From: Methanotrichaceae archaeon
Lineage (GTDB): Archaea; Halobacteriota; Methanosarcinia; Methanotrichales; Methanotrichaceae
Reading direction: 5' to 3'
DNA: 64,000 nucleotides
Assembly (NCBI GenBank): GCA_963803145.1
Contig: CAWDLW010000025.1
Span: forward strand, 1 to 64,000
Below, in pieces: positions 1-9,017 of this stretch; within the stretch, counting starts at the first letter, position 1, and each line of letters opens with the position of its first letter. The position numbers and the translations under genes are program-made. The notes under the pieces were generated by a model. It searched no databases, had not been told where the DNA came from, and saw only the letters and a list, made by a program, of their open reading frames with translations.

Positions 1-35
1 TAACCATAAAATAACCACATCCAATCAGCCAATAA

Positions 36-343
36 ATGGAACAAGCTAGCTACTGGCTGGACAAAGGCAATAGTTCCTATTTGACAGGTTCTTACGAACA
101 GGCGGAACATCGTATGCTAAACCGGTGAAACTAGATCCATCCCTCCAGGTAGGCTGGCTCAATATGGGAAATTCTCTGTTCTTCTTAGGAAGGTATCAGG
201 AATCATTAGATGCCTATGACGCTGCACTACGACTAGAGCCTCAGAACGCAAATGCACTGCAGGGCAAAAGCCGAACACTCTTAGCCCTCAATCGTACGGC
301 AGTAGCTAATCGTGCGCAGAAGAAGACGATTAGAGTGCTATAG
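36..343 (+). pseudogene. TPR-repeat protein, frameshifted fragment
   Basis: MEQASYWLDKGNSSYLTGSYEQA (from 36) continues in another frame as KLDPSLQVGWLNMGNSLFFLGRYQESLDAYDAALRLEP, which fits the TPR consensus; break near 110-125. Confidence 0.65.
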
Positions 344-617
344 TTATAGCGGTATGGGGTCGCAAGATTAGATTTTGTTGTGTATTATCATGGTGCGTAT
401 TATGACGGCTATGGTAGTGATGCAAAGATAGTGGTTAAAAGATAGCGATTTCCAGAGTCGCCTCCATAAAACACATCAAAATCGGAATTGCTAGCCACAA
501 AATTTAGACTTACACAATACATCATCAATATGGCAATTAATTAACAAAGATTTCGGTGTTACCCAGGGTCAAACAGGAATAATAATATTTAAGTAGTTCT
601 GTTAAGATTGAGTAGCA

Positions 618-1982
618 ATGTCTACTAGAGCCCTATTAGTAATATCGATGGTTATTTTACGGCTTTCTCGCTATCTCCACAGCCTATGCGGAGAAGGCCG
701 TCGATTCAGTGAATGGTGCGGCACTGTTATCAAACCCGGCCATTGTGAAGGATGAGATCATCATCCCCATGGAGAACGGGACATTGATTGAGTGGCGGCA
801 TATTGTCCTCAAGGGAAACAACACTCAGATAGGCATGGCTATCGGAGAGATCACCAGAAGGATTACGGAGTAACATCTCTAAAGAAATACGCTGATCCCA
901 TATATGGCAAAGCACGCCAGGAGTACATGGCTAGGAACTATCCAATCATGAGAGATAGGATGAAGGGCATTGCCATGTCATATAGCTTATCTCAGGATAA
1001 TGCCACCTTCGATACCAACACCTTACTTTACGATGCCGGATCTCTGGCTTGCTCCATGGTATACTTCCCCCCGGAGACAACACTGAATGGACATGCCATA
1101 ACCTCAAGAAATATGGATTGGTTCTTGGTTCCAATGGACGTCTACATCGACAAAGCTGAGAAAGGGGCCGGCAATGGTATGTTTACCCGGAACTTCTTAA
1201 TAGAGATCTATCCCGACCATGGATATTCGACTATGGCTATTGGGGGCATGGAACTCAACTCAGTGACAGATGGCTTGAACTCCGAGGGTTTGGGCATATC
1301 TTTATTAGAGGACGAAGGGATGGAACCTGTCTTAGAAACGCCCCTGGCAGGGGATAGAAACAGCGGGATTACGTGCACTCAGATAACCCGGCTTGTCCTC
1401 GAGACCTGTAGAACTGTTGAGGAGGCGAAGGCAGCGTTTCTGGCCAACAAGGAGTTCATAGCCATGGCAGGAGTAGGAGTCCATTACATGGTCTACGATA
1501 GTCAGGGGAATTCAGCGATAATAGAGTGGAATAAATCTGATGGAAACCTGTACTTCACTGACGGCAGCAGCAGTAAGCCGAATATTATGACCAATCACCC
1601 CATGTACATATACTCCAAGTATAGTTTGGAGGACCTATCTGAAGAGATGAACCTGATATCGTATAACGATCCATACGATACCTTCAACCGCTACATAACA
1701 CTGTATAACATCACCAGCAGCCACAAGGGCAAGTTCTCCGATGAGGATGCAGCCAATGTCCTCAGTTCAGTCGAAGGCAACACAGTTGCCATGGTCGAAG
1801 GTGCCATGACGCCCATTCCAATCAATACGATCTGGAATGTCATCCTGGATTTGACTGATAGAAGCATGAATGTGAAATTCTTCCTTAAGAATGGTCCTGT
1901 GGACGAAGCGACCAACATGAGCACGCTGATCTTCACGCCGTACTTGGCCTTCAAGATGAACAACTCAAATATGCAACGGTGA
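618..1982 (+). pseudogene. Secreted C45/choloylglycine-hydrolase-like Ntn-hydrolase with two 5' frameshifts
   Basis: Motifs ACSMV (nucleophile Cys), SRNMDW, DGLNSEGL, MTNH in ORF 792-1982; signal peptide from ATG 618 and the segment AYAEKAVDS...HIVLKGNNTQIG lie in other frames (breaks near 660 and 855). Confidence 0.7.
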
Positions 1983-2153
1983 GGGGCCTATCCGGCTCCT
2001 CTAAATTATTTCATCAATTGTTTTAGAGAATCTTTACGTTTGAATAACTACAGCAAGTCCAAAGCTATTATTCAATTATCTGTATGGATATGATCAACAG
2101 ATATATACAAAAATTTATGAACGTAGAAAACAATAAGTCTTTGGAGGTTTGTC

Positions 2154-3047
2154 ATGAAATTTAACCAATTGCTTCTTGTGCTGATCGCAATTCTGGCTGT
2201 ATTTACTGTTGTGTCAGCTCAAGAAGTTAATGTAACTCAGCTGAAGCAGATGATGGAAAGCTCATTAGGAAATCTTACAACCTATACATATGCGAGGTCT
2301 GCTGAGAGCGATATAATTTACACCAACAATACGACTCACAACGAGATCAACCTTGCCAAATCTACAAACGGTGAAGTAGATCTTGTGAATCAGTCGGGGA
2401 TGTGGAGTTCAAATCTAACCGATAGAAGTAACGGAAATGTACTGGCGTGGGACGGCTACTTTGTAAACGGCTCAGAATACTGGAAAGAGGGCCAGAACTG
2501 GACAAGGTTCTATGTCAGAAATAGAGCGGAAATCATGGAGGATTATAATGAGATTCCAGGTCAGGTCAACCTCCTCAGGTACTCCAATGTGAAGATCGTC
2601 GGCTCAGAGAACTTCCAGGGTGAAGATGTTTACAAGCTGGTCGGATCGCCCGTTCTGCCGATATACAGGGGAATGATCGGCCTACAGCTGTTGACAGCTT
2701 ACATAGGATCGCCTTTCCCGCTGCCGGAGAGACTCCTGAGGCAAAGCCTCGACGTCCGCAGAACAGGCCTATTGAATAACAGCAGCATAGTTGTAACTGC
2801 CTGGGTCTCCAAGAACGATTCATCACTAAGAAGGCTGGATATTAACTCGAGCCTGAACATCACTCCTCAGATTCTGAATATCACTTCCCCCAACTACACG
2901 ATTATGAGCACCATCAATGAGTCTACAGTTTACGATAACTTCGGCGCTCCTCTGAAAATAGAGCTTCCCGCAGGTGCTCAGAATGAGTCCTACAGGCTCA
3001 GGGCTACGGATTGGAGATGGGCTGTCTTTGGGTCGGTGAGGCCTTAG
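2154..3047 (+). CDS. Secreted LolA/LppX-like lipoprotein-sorting-fold protein
   Basis: GGAGG SD, signal peptide, beta-rich body, GEDVYKL and YDNFGAPLKIELP motifs typical of LolA-like proteins. Confidence 0.6.
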   Translation: MKFNQLLLVLIAILAVFTVVSAQEVNVTQLKQMMESSLGNLTTYTYARSAESDIIYTNNTTHNEINLAKSTNGEVDLVNQSGMWSSNLTDRSNGNVLAWDGYFVNGSEYWKEGQNWTRFYVRNRAEIMEDYNEIPGQVNLLRYSNVKIVGSENFQGEDVYKLVGSPVLPIYRGMIGLQLLTAYIGSPFPLPERLLRQSLDVRRTGLLNNSSIVVTAWVSKNDSSLRRLDINSSLNITPQILNITSPNYTIMSTINESTVYDNFGAPLKIELPAGAQNESYRLRATDWRWAVFGSVRP

Positions 3048-3062
3048 ATGGAGGTGAAAGAG

Positions 3063-3761
3063 ATGATAATCAGACTTATCATTGGCAAATCCAATATACG
3101 AGAAACCAATAGTGGGAAATTGAAGCTCTTTTTAACAGGGCTTTTCATAGCGGTAATTCTTGCATCCAGTATGCTTGCAGCTTCCGGGCAGGTCTTAACT
3201 GCTAGTGCTCCAGGCCCGGAAGGCGCTTATTGCGTAAACACGGGTTATCTCTATGCGACAGTGCCTGGGGTAAACAATGGTAAACCAATCTGCCAGTTCC
3301 CAGACAACAGCTGGTGCGATGCACATGCATACTACGCAGGGAACTGCACTCCTAGCTTCAGCGGCTACATCAGCCCTAGCGGTTACGTCGCCACCGGCGG
3401 CATCGTCACACCAAGTGGCGTAGTTGTTCCGAGCAGCGTCTACCCGAGTGGCGTCTATAATCCTTACGCCACTAACCCCTACTACTATAACAACCCCGCC
3501 TACGCCAATGTTACTCAATCAGCCCTGGACATAGCCGATGAAACCAAAACATGCCAGAAGATAGGCGGCAATGTGCAGCAGGTGCACACAACTTATGGTG
3601 ACGTGAACTTATGCGTATTCCCCGATGGCAGCTCTCTAGACCTTCCACAACTTGCAAGTGGAGCTTATTCTGGAGCTCCTGGTCCTATAGTTTATGCCAA
3701 TGGAGTTCCTGTCGATGACAACTGGTTCTACTACGCTTACTCATGGCTGAATGCACCCTAG
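3063..3761 (+). CDS. Secreted DUF333 (putative hemolysin-type) Cys-motif protein
   Basis: Two units: AYCVNTG...ICQFPDNSWCD and CQKIGG...LCVFPDG; hydrophobic N-terminal segment; GAGGTG SD before ATG 3063. Confidence 0.6.
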   Translation: MIIRLIIGKSNIRETNSGKLKLFLTGLFIAVILASSMLAASGQVLTASAPGPEGAYCVNTGYLYATVPGVNNGKPICQFPDNSWCDAHAYYAGNCTPSFSGYISPSGYVATGGIVTPSGVVVPSSVYPSGVYNPYATNPYYYNNPAYANVTQSALDIADETKTCQKIGGNVQQVHTTYGDVNLCVFPDGSSLDLPQLASGAYSGAPGPIVYANGVPVDDNWFYYAYSWLNAP

Positions 3762-3822
3762 AGCGGGATGAGTACAGGAAGCAACCTATTCTTATTTTTA
3801 CCCGTAAATAAACGAGATCTCA

Positions 3823-3839
3823 GAGGATTCCTATAAACC
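3823..3839 (+). mobile_element. Solo IS5-family terminal inverted repeat
   Basis: GAGGATTCCTATAAACC is identical to the left end of the IS5 element at 46070. Confidence 0.6.
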
Positions 3840-4081
3840 CAATTAGTTATACTAATAATCTATTCTATTCGTGGATTCTTATGGATAGAGGAAGTTCACT
3901 TTTTTACTCTTTTTTTTCTTTCCCAACCTCATTAAGCATTTATATAAGTATCCGAATCCCACCCTCGGCGTTTTCTTGCTAGTAAATGCTTATCTCTTAT
4001 AGGTATTATAATTGAAGACTTCTAAACCGTTACTAAACGAAATGCTTTTAATATAGATACTTCAAGTACGTACTTGAGATT

Positions 4082-4321
4082 ATGAGAAGAAGTAGGGGCG
4101 GGGTTATAGCTAAAATCTTAGAGGTCTGTCTAACTGGACCCAGCAAAACACGCGTAGTTTATGGCAGCAATTTGAACTTTAGGACAGTGGTCCCATATCT
4201 AGATTCTCTGATAGCGAATGGACATCTTGTCGTAACTGATGAGATGATGCCAAGATATAAGACCACAGATAAGGGAAAGGAGCTTCTAGCCATAATCAAA
4301 GAGGCTCATGAGTTCTTTTAG
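4082..4321 (+). CDS. Winged-helix DNA-binding protein (HTH_45/ArnR1-like)
   Basis: RRSR..I..IL...SKTRVVYGSNLNF....YL..L..NG....YKTTDKG signature. Confidence 0.85.
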   Translation: MRRSRGGVIAKILEVCLTGPSKTRVVYGSNLNFRTVVPYLDSLIANGHLVVTDEMMPRYKTTDKGKELLAIIKEAHEFF

Positions 4322-4814
4322 CAACATCTGGGGTGGGTGAATGGGGTCCACTTACCAATCCATTGCGGGCTTTCTGTTTCTTGCTATTATATTTCTTGTC
4401 ATACTATCCTTAATAGTGGAGCTGAATTTGGTTGAACCCATTTTGATAATAATATCTTTGATATCAATTACTTGGTTTATAAAGGGGATGACCTAACTCA
4501 GATGGATTGCTCTCACAATGGCCTCTAAGTTGATTCGTGGATTGCGTGCTTAGCGGCGTGCCCTCTTTTTCATGCCCCAATAGAGAGCTAGCAGACCAAT
4601 CACGACTAATTTAAATTTTATGATCTTCTTGATAAGTTTGAACATGGTCTATTCACCGGATCTCTATACAGTCTTAAAACTATAAAAAGATGTAGAAGGA
4701 TCGCAAGAGGTATCATGCCTTCCAGCTCCTCGCCTCCCTAGCCTATCCATCGGCCTCCAATTGATCTATATGCAAGTAAAAGTATAAATCTTAATAACTA
4801 TTAATAGTTGATTT

Positions 4815-4873
4815 GCGAAGGGCATATACTTCTAAAGCAATAGATCGTCCCTCCTAATATTTTTGCCCTTCGC
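4815..4873 (+). ncRNA. Putative sRNA hairpin A1
   Basis: GCGAAGGGCA-39 nt-TGCCCTTCGC; TATAAA at 4783. Confidence 0.55.
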
Positions 4874-5103
4874 CTCCCACCTTTTCTCCACCTCATCCTA
4901 GCCTATCCATTGATCTTCAAACCATCTTAGCCCGGGTCCTATCGGTTTTCCTATCTATCCATCCTGATAGGAGATCGTCGATCCTAGGGCATTATAGAAA
5001 ATAATTTTCTAGGTTTTATGAAATCGAGAGGCTTTAGATAGACATATCATTACTTCATATAGATGTGCCACTATATTTATTAGTTGTAAATACCCTCTAA
5101 ACC

Positions 5104-5152
5104 GGGTCGCAATCGCAAAATCATCGCATTCTAATCACCGCGATTGCGGCCC
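5104..5152 (+). ncRNA. Putative sRNA hairpin B1
   Basis: GGGTCGCAATCGC-23 nt-GCGATTGCGGCCC; TATATTTA upstream. Confidence 0.45.
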
Positions 5153-5279
5153 CTATCTCGATTCTCTAATAATGAATGGTCACATCGTTATAACTGATGA
5201 GAAAACCCGAAAATATCAGACCACAGATAGAGGAAAGGAACTTCTAGTCATGATTAAGGCGACTCATGAGTTTTTCTAA
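5151..5279 (+). pseudogene. 5'-truncated copy of the wHTH gene
   Basis: PYLDSLIMNGHIVITDEKTRKYQTTDRGKELLVMIKATHEFF* aligns with the C-terminal half of 4082-4321. Confidence 0.85.
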
Positions 5280-5378
5280 CCTTACTGTAATCGTCTTATG
5301 TGTACTTTCATAAGCTCTATCATGGTCAATACATATAAGACGTTGAACATTTTGATGGTTCGGCCTGCCAGCCCCATT

Positions 5379-5424
5379 AGTAGTGCCACATTGCATTTAT
5401 AATTCTCTTTGGTGTGGTACTACT
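5379..5424. repeat. 46-bp palindromic site, copy 1
   Basis: AGTAGTGCCACATT-N18-GGTGTGGTACTACT. Confidence 0.75.
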
Positions 5425-5460
5425 TTTTATGGGCTCTTACAACGGCCTCAAATCCAATGC

Positions 5461-5571
5461 TTATGACCTAAGTGCAACCCATAAAAAGAGGATGGCTATA
5501 CCTAGAAGCGCTATAACTATAATAACTATATCTGTTTTCGATTCAATGTCGAACCTATTCCGCAAATTCAT
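5461..5571 (-). CDS. 36-aa single-TM micropeptide
   Basis: MNLRNRFDIESKTDIVIIVIALLGIAILFLWVALRS*; GGAGCGGG purine tract upstream; below the ORF-track length cutoff. Confidence 0.55.
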   Translation of the reverse strand: MNLRNRFDIESKTDIVIIVIALLGIAILFLWVALRS

Positions 5572-5720
5572 GTGTCCCGCTCCCATAAATAGCGCCATTC
5601 TGATTTTAAATAGTTATTCATGAGAAATCCATAACATTGTTCTTGCAATGGCCTATAGGTTGAATCATGGATTGCAATAGTAGCCATCTAAATACTTCTT
5701 TATACAATGTGCCCGTTTCA

Positions 5721-5783
5721 AGCGAAGGGATGATCTATAGCCATCAGACATCTGCCATCTGGTCTTCTCTCGATCCCCTCGCT
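5721..5783 (+). ncRNA. Putative sRNA hairpin A2
   Basis: AGCGAAGGGAT-41 nt-ATCCCCTCGCT; TAAATA at 5689. Confidence 0.55.
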
Positions 5784-5974
5784 CCTCTTTACCTCGTGCA
5801 TTGATCGGCTAGCTAATAGCCTCCAAGCGATCTTCGTCTAGGTCCTATAATCCATCCTGCCGTGAGATCGTCGATCCTAGGGCTTTTTAAAAATTTATAA
5901 TTTGGCATCGATTAAATAATACCACTAATTTATAACTTGGCTCGATTATAATATATTGTTCCTCCTCAGCAATT

Positions 5975-6027
5975 GGGCCACGATCGACTAACATCCCTCA
6001 AAAGGCTTCATCATTTGATCGTGGCCC
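5975..6027 (+). ncRNA. Putative sRNA hairpin B2
   Basis: GGGCCACGATC-31 nt-GATCGTGGCCC; TTTATAA upstream and a CU-rich leader. Confidence 0.45.
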
Positions 6028-6122
6028 GGCCTGATTATTATTTCCAGAATTTCTACCCTGACTTGGCTCTGGCTTGCAATACCAGTTCTCTAAATATATC
6101 CTTTTACAATGCCGAGTTTCAT

Positions 6123-6174
6123 GCGAAGGGATATTTAGTCCATGGTCATCAACCATATTACCCCGTCCCTTCGC
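6123..6174 (+). ncRNA. Putative sRNA hairpin A3
   Basis: GCGAAGGGAT-32 nt-GTCCCTTCGC; TAAATA at 6091. Confidence 0.55.
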
Positions 6175-6324
6175 TTATCCCTCGTCCATGTCCTGCCCTT
6201 TTCTCCTTGCCGTCCTAGGCTACCCTTTCGGACTTCAAGCCATATGCGGCTACGTCCTGGGATAGTTGAATCCTAGATTCCAGTACTAGCTTCCTAAATA
6301 CTTCCTTCTACAATGTATTAGTTT

Positions 6325-6379
6325 CAAGCGACGGGATTCCCTATTATCCTGAGCAGCTTCTACCTTATCCCGTCGCTTG
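6325..6379 (+). ncRNA. Putative sRNA hairpin A4 (compensatory stem variant)
   Basis: CAAGCGACGGGAT-29 nt-ATCCCGTCGCTTG, a perfect 13-bp stem with an A:T to C:G covariation; TAAATA at 6295. Confidence 0.6.
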
Positions 6380-6527
6380 CTTAATCGATCTTCAGAAAAA
6401 TATCATGCTATGAGATCATCAATCTTTGGACAATATAAAATTTATATTTTAGTATCTATAATTTCGAACCACTAATTTATAAGTGTATTCAGCTATATTG
6501 TATAATGTAATTTCTCCTTCCACAATT

Positions 6528-6578
6528 GGGCCACGATCACTATCACCCCTTAGAGGCTTCATCACTTGATCGTGGCCC
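6528..6578 (+). ncRNA. Putative sRNA hairpin B3
   Basis: GGGCCACGATC-29 nt-GATCGTGGCCC. Confidence 0.45.
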
Positions 6579-6671
6579 GCCTGGTTATTATTTCCAGAAT
6601 TTTTACCATGACTTGGCTCTGGCTTGCAATACCAGTTCTCTAAATACTTCCTTTTACACTATACATGCTTC

Positions 6672-6739
6672 AAGCGAAGGGATGCTTGTTCAATAGACAG
6701 TTGACTCAGCTATAATCCTCCTGTCTCATCCTTTCGCTT
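6672..6739 (+). ncRNA. Putative sRNA hairpin A5
   Basis: AAGCGAAGGGATG-42 nt-CATCCTTTCGCTT (one G:U pair); TAAATA at 6641. Confidence 0.55.
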
Positions 6740-6811
6740 ACCAGATCGATGCTTATCAAGCGATATCTATACAAGAAAAACTATTTACAGCTTTAATTGT
6801 AATAAATGGTT

Positions 6812-6881
6812 GCGAAGGGATAATCTATTTTCCGATAGAGATACCCTCACAATTCACCATTGAGATAGTCTCTCCCTTCGC
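6812..6881 (+). ncRNA. Putative sRNA hairpin A6
   Basis: GCGAAGGGA-52 nt-TCCCTTCGC; TATTTA at 6782. Confidence 0.55.
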
Positions 6882-7139
6882 TTCCCCTTCACTCAATGAT
6901 TTATGGATTGCAAGAGGTGTCCTACCTTTTTCTCCTCTCCGTTCCAGACTATCTCGTGGCCTTCAAGCCACCTACAGGCAGTCCCCTTAGTATAATGTCA
7001 TGCCTTGAGATCCGGCCTTTAAAGGGCATTTTAAAAAATAATTTTCTAGGTTTTATGAAATTGAGAGGCTTTAAATAGACGAATCACTACTTTATATAGA
7101 TGTACCACTATATTTATTAGTTGTAAAACCCTCTAAGCC

Positions 7140-7188
7140 GGGCGGCAATCGCAAAACCATCGCATTCTAATCACCGCGATTGCGGCCC
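7140..7188 (+). ncRNA. Putative sRNA hairpin B4
   Basis: GGGCGGCAATCGC-23 nt-GCGATTGCGGCCC. Confidence 0.45.
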
Positions 7189-7314
7189 ATATCTTGATTC
7201 TCTAATAATAAATGGTTATATTATCAAAACTGATGAGAAAACGCGAAAAATAAGACTACAGATAAAGGCAAGGAACTTTTAGCCGTAATCAAGAAGGCTC
7301 ATGAGTTTTTCTAA
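7187..7314 (+). pseudogene. 5'-truncated, frameshifted wHTH copy
   Basis: PYLDSLIINGYIIKTDEKTRK / TTDKGKELLAVIKKAHEFF*. Confidence 0.8.
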
Positions 7315-7408
7315 CCCTAAGGTCTTATGTGTAATTCCATAAACGCTATGAGGATCAGTACATATAAGACGGTGAGCATATCGCAGGTTCAGCCTGCCAG
7401 CCCTCATT

Positions 7409-7454
7409 AGTAGTACCGCATTGCCTATTTGATTCTCCGTAATGTGGTACTACT
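7409..7454. repeat. 46-bp palindromic site, copy 2
   Basis: AGTAGTACCGCATT-N18-AATGTGGTACTACT. Confidence 0.75.
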
Positions 7455-7664
7455 TTTATGGGCTCTTGCAATGACCTCATCTGTATTAGGCGCATTAAAG
7501 TTTGAATGGGAGTAATCTTTAGATTATATATAGATTCGACTGAATAATATATGATAGATAATGGCAGTCAAATATTCTGTACGCGAGATTGTTGACGGGG
7601 ATTATGCTCGCAATCCCGCCATCCTTCTTACAAATCTATATCAATTATGAAGTCCTCAAAAGAC

Positions 7665-7841
7665 TTACTGCATTTCTGTTTTTATCTCTTTGATCAAATC
7701 TAATAAATACGTTCTGTCATCATCCCATCCATTACTCTTTAGAATGACCGCCAATTTATTATCGGTCAGCTCAGGGTTATCTTCTACCCATCTCTTGATT
7801 GCTTTCTTGTCATATGCTCTCTTATCCGTTATTTCTGGCAT
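7665..7841 (-). CDS. 58-aa small helical protein (possibly HTH-like)
   Basis: MPEITDKRAYDKKAIKRWVEDNPELTDNKLAVILKSNGWDDDRTYLLDLIKEIKTEMQ*; protein-like composition; divergent from hairpin A7. Confidence 0.55.
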   Translation of the reverse strand: MPEITDKRAYDKKAIKRWVEDNPELTDNKLAVILKSNGWDDDRTYLLDLIKEIKTEMQ

Positions 7842-7904
7842 TATCTTATCTTTGGCTCGTTAATCTAATAATCTATTTACTCTTGCAATTATTATATATT
7901 GATG

Positions 7905-7977
7905 GCGAAGGGATAATTGAGTCTCAGATAGAACCAAAGCGATATTTCCAATTTGATATAGTCCTCTATCCCTTCGC
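7905..7977 (+). ncRNA. Putative sRNA hairpin A7
   Basis: GCGAAGGGATA-51 nt-TATCCCTTCGC; TATTTA at 7874. Confidence 0.55.
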
Positions 7978-8308
7978 TTTTCCCTTCATGTATCTTGGCT
8001 CTTGCAATGGCCTATTCATCTCACATAGGATCGCAACATCAGGAGGATGTCCCTCTACCACGGGAGGAACATAAACTTACAATGGCCTGAGGTACCATAC
8101 CTTCCAGCTCCTCGCCTCCCTAGCCTATCCATCAGGCTTCAAGCCCTCTACAGGCAGTCCCTAGGATATGTCATGGCCTGAGATCGTCGATCCTGGGGCC
8201 TTATAGAAATTAATTTTCTTGGGTTTATGAAAATCCTTGAACTCTGCCTTTCTTTTTGTCTTCTAAACATGCACGAAACCTAAAAAAGCAAAAATAGGAG
8301 GGAAATCT

Positions 8309-8593
8309 TTACGTTTTAATTTTCTCTACTTCGTTGAGGAAGTAGAAATCAATTTTGATAACACCAGATTTCTTTATCGCTTTTTTTACATCCTCTGATT
8401 CAATAAACTTATGGGCATTTTCTAAGTTATCCCATTCATTCAAAATGGTGATATCATTAGGGTTGTCTGCATCTCGAAAGAGCATGCCCCCTTTCGCACC
8501 ACCACTAGCTTTCCGGGGAGCTGAGAGTTGGTCAAATACAGGTTTCCACTTCGCATAATCCTCAACTTTAACTCTAGCCAACGAATAGGGCAT
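8309..8593 (-). CDS. ABM/dimeric alpha-beta barrel 'cyclase'-like protein
   Basis: RVKVEDYAKWKPVFD...FRDADNPND...EWDNLENA..F pattern; AAGGAG SD. Confidence 0.7.
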   Translation of the reverse strand: MPYSLARVKVEDYAKWKPVFDQLSAPRKASGGAKGGMLFRDADNPNDITILNEWDNLENAHKFIESEDVKKAIKKSGVIKIDFYFLNEVEKIKT

Positions 8594-8740
8594 TATATTA
8601 TCTCCTTTAATCTATTATTGTAGGCATCGCAAGGATATCTAATTTTGGTTTTTTTTTCTAAAGTTGAATTTACGAATAGCTATGAATCTCCTATCATTTC
8701 CAGAGCAGCCACCATCCCTTTTTATTGATCTCTTCCTCGC

Positions 8741-8932
8741 CTAAATCAATGATACTATGCCTCTTGAGTCTATCCTGATCCGGCCTTCTCTCTCTAGGTC
8801 CTCAAGGATAGGATTAATCTCTTGCATCCTTAACCCAGTCCGCCGCCTCAGCTGACTTCGCTTCATCCTTCGGCCATTGTTGTTTAGTGTCCACAGGATT
8901 TTATCATGCGGGGTCTGAGAGGCATCTTTCAT
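8741..8932 (-). CDS. Small winged-helix protein
   Basis: KILWTL...MKRSQLRRRTGL..QEINPILEDLEREGRI pattern. Confidence 0.65.
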   Translation of the reverse strand: MKDASQTPHDKILWTLNNNGRRMKRSQLRRRTGLRMQEINPILEDLEREGRIRIDSRGIVSLI

Positions 8933-9017
8933 TTGTAGATCATGTGATTAACGCTTGCAGGATAAAAGGCCAAGGTGAGCACAGAGCGAAGGTAATAGAA
9001 TCCGCATTATCAGAGTC

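Larger units (their letters stand above)
7008..7479 (+). repeat. Diverged ~470-bp direct duplication of ~4972-5449
   Basis: Colinear match covering the AT-rich leader, hairpin B, the truncated wHTH and the 46-bp palindrome; a second duplication pairs ~5864-6131 with ~6412-6682. Confidence 0.85.

Noticed and set aside
36-860. Programmed frameshifting in the TPR and C45 genes
   Set aside because: Three breaks within 900 bp and no slippery motifs; decay or sequence error is simpler
4352-4402. 16-aa minus-strand ORF MTRNIIARNRKPAMDW
   Set aside because: Too short to support from sequence alone
6133-6164. A3 loop targeting the start of ORF 12803 (ATGGTTGATGAC vs ATGGTTCATGAC)
   Set aside because: Only 11/12 nt match and the upstream SD regions differ; compatible with chance
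5414-8074. Plus-strand track ORFs 5414-5623, 5973-6218, 6074-6265, 6896-7078, 7799-8074
   Set aside because: They overlap hairpins/repeats or better minus-strand micro-ORFs; no SD or protein-like motifs
4783-8230. CRISPR array
   Set aside because: Repeats are inverted arms with irregular spacing and individual promoter-like boxes; no cas genes in the window
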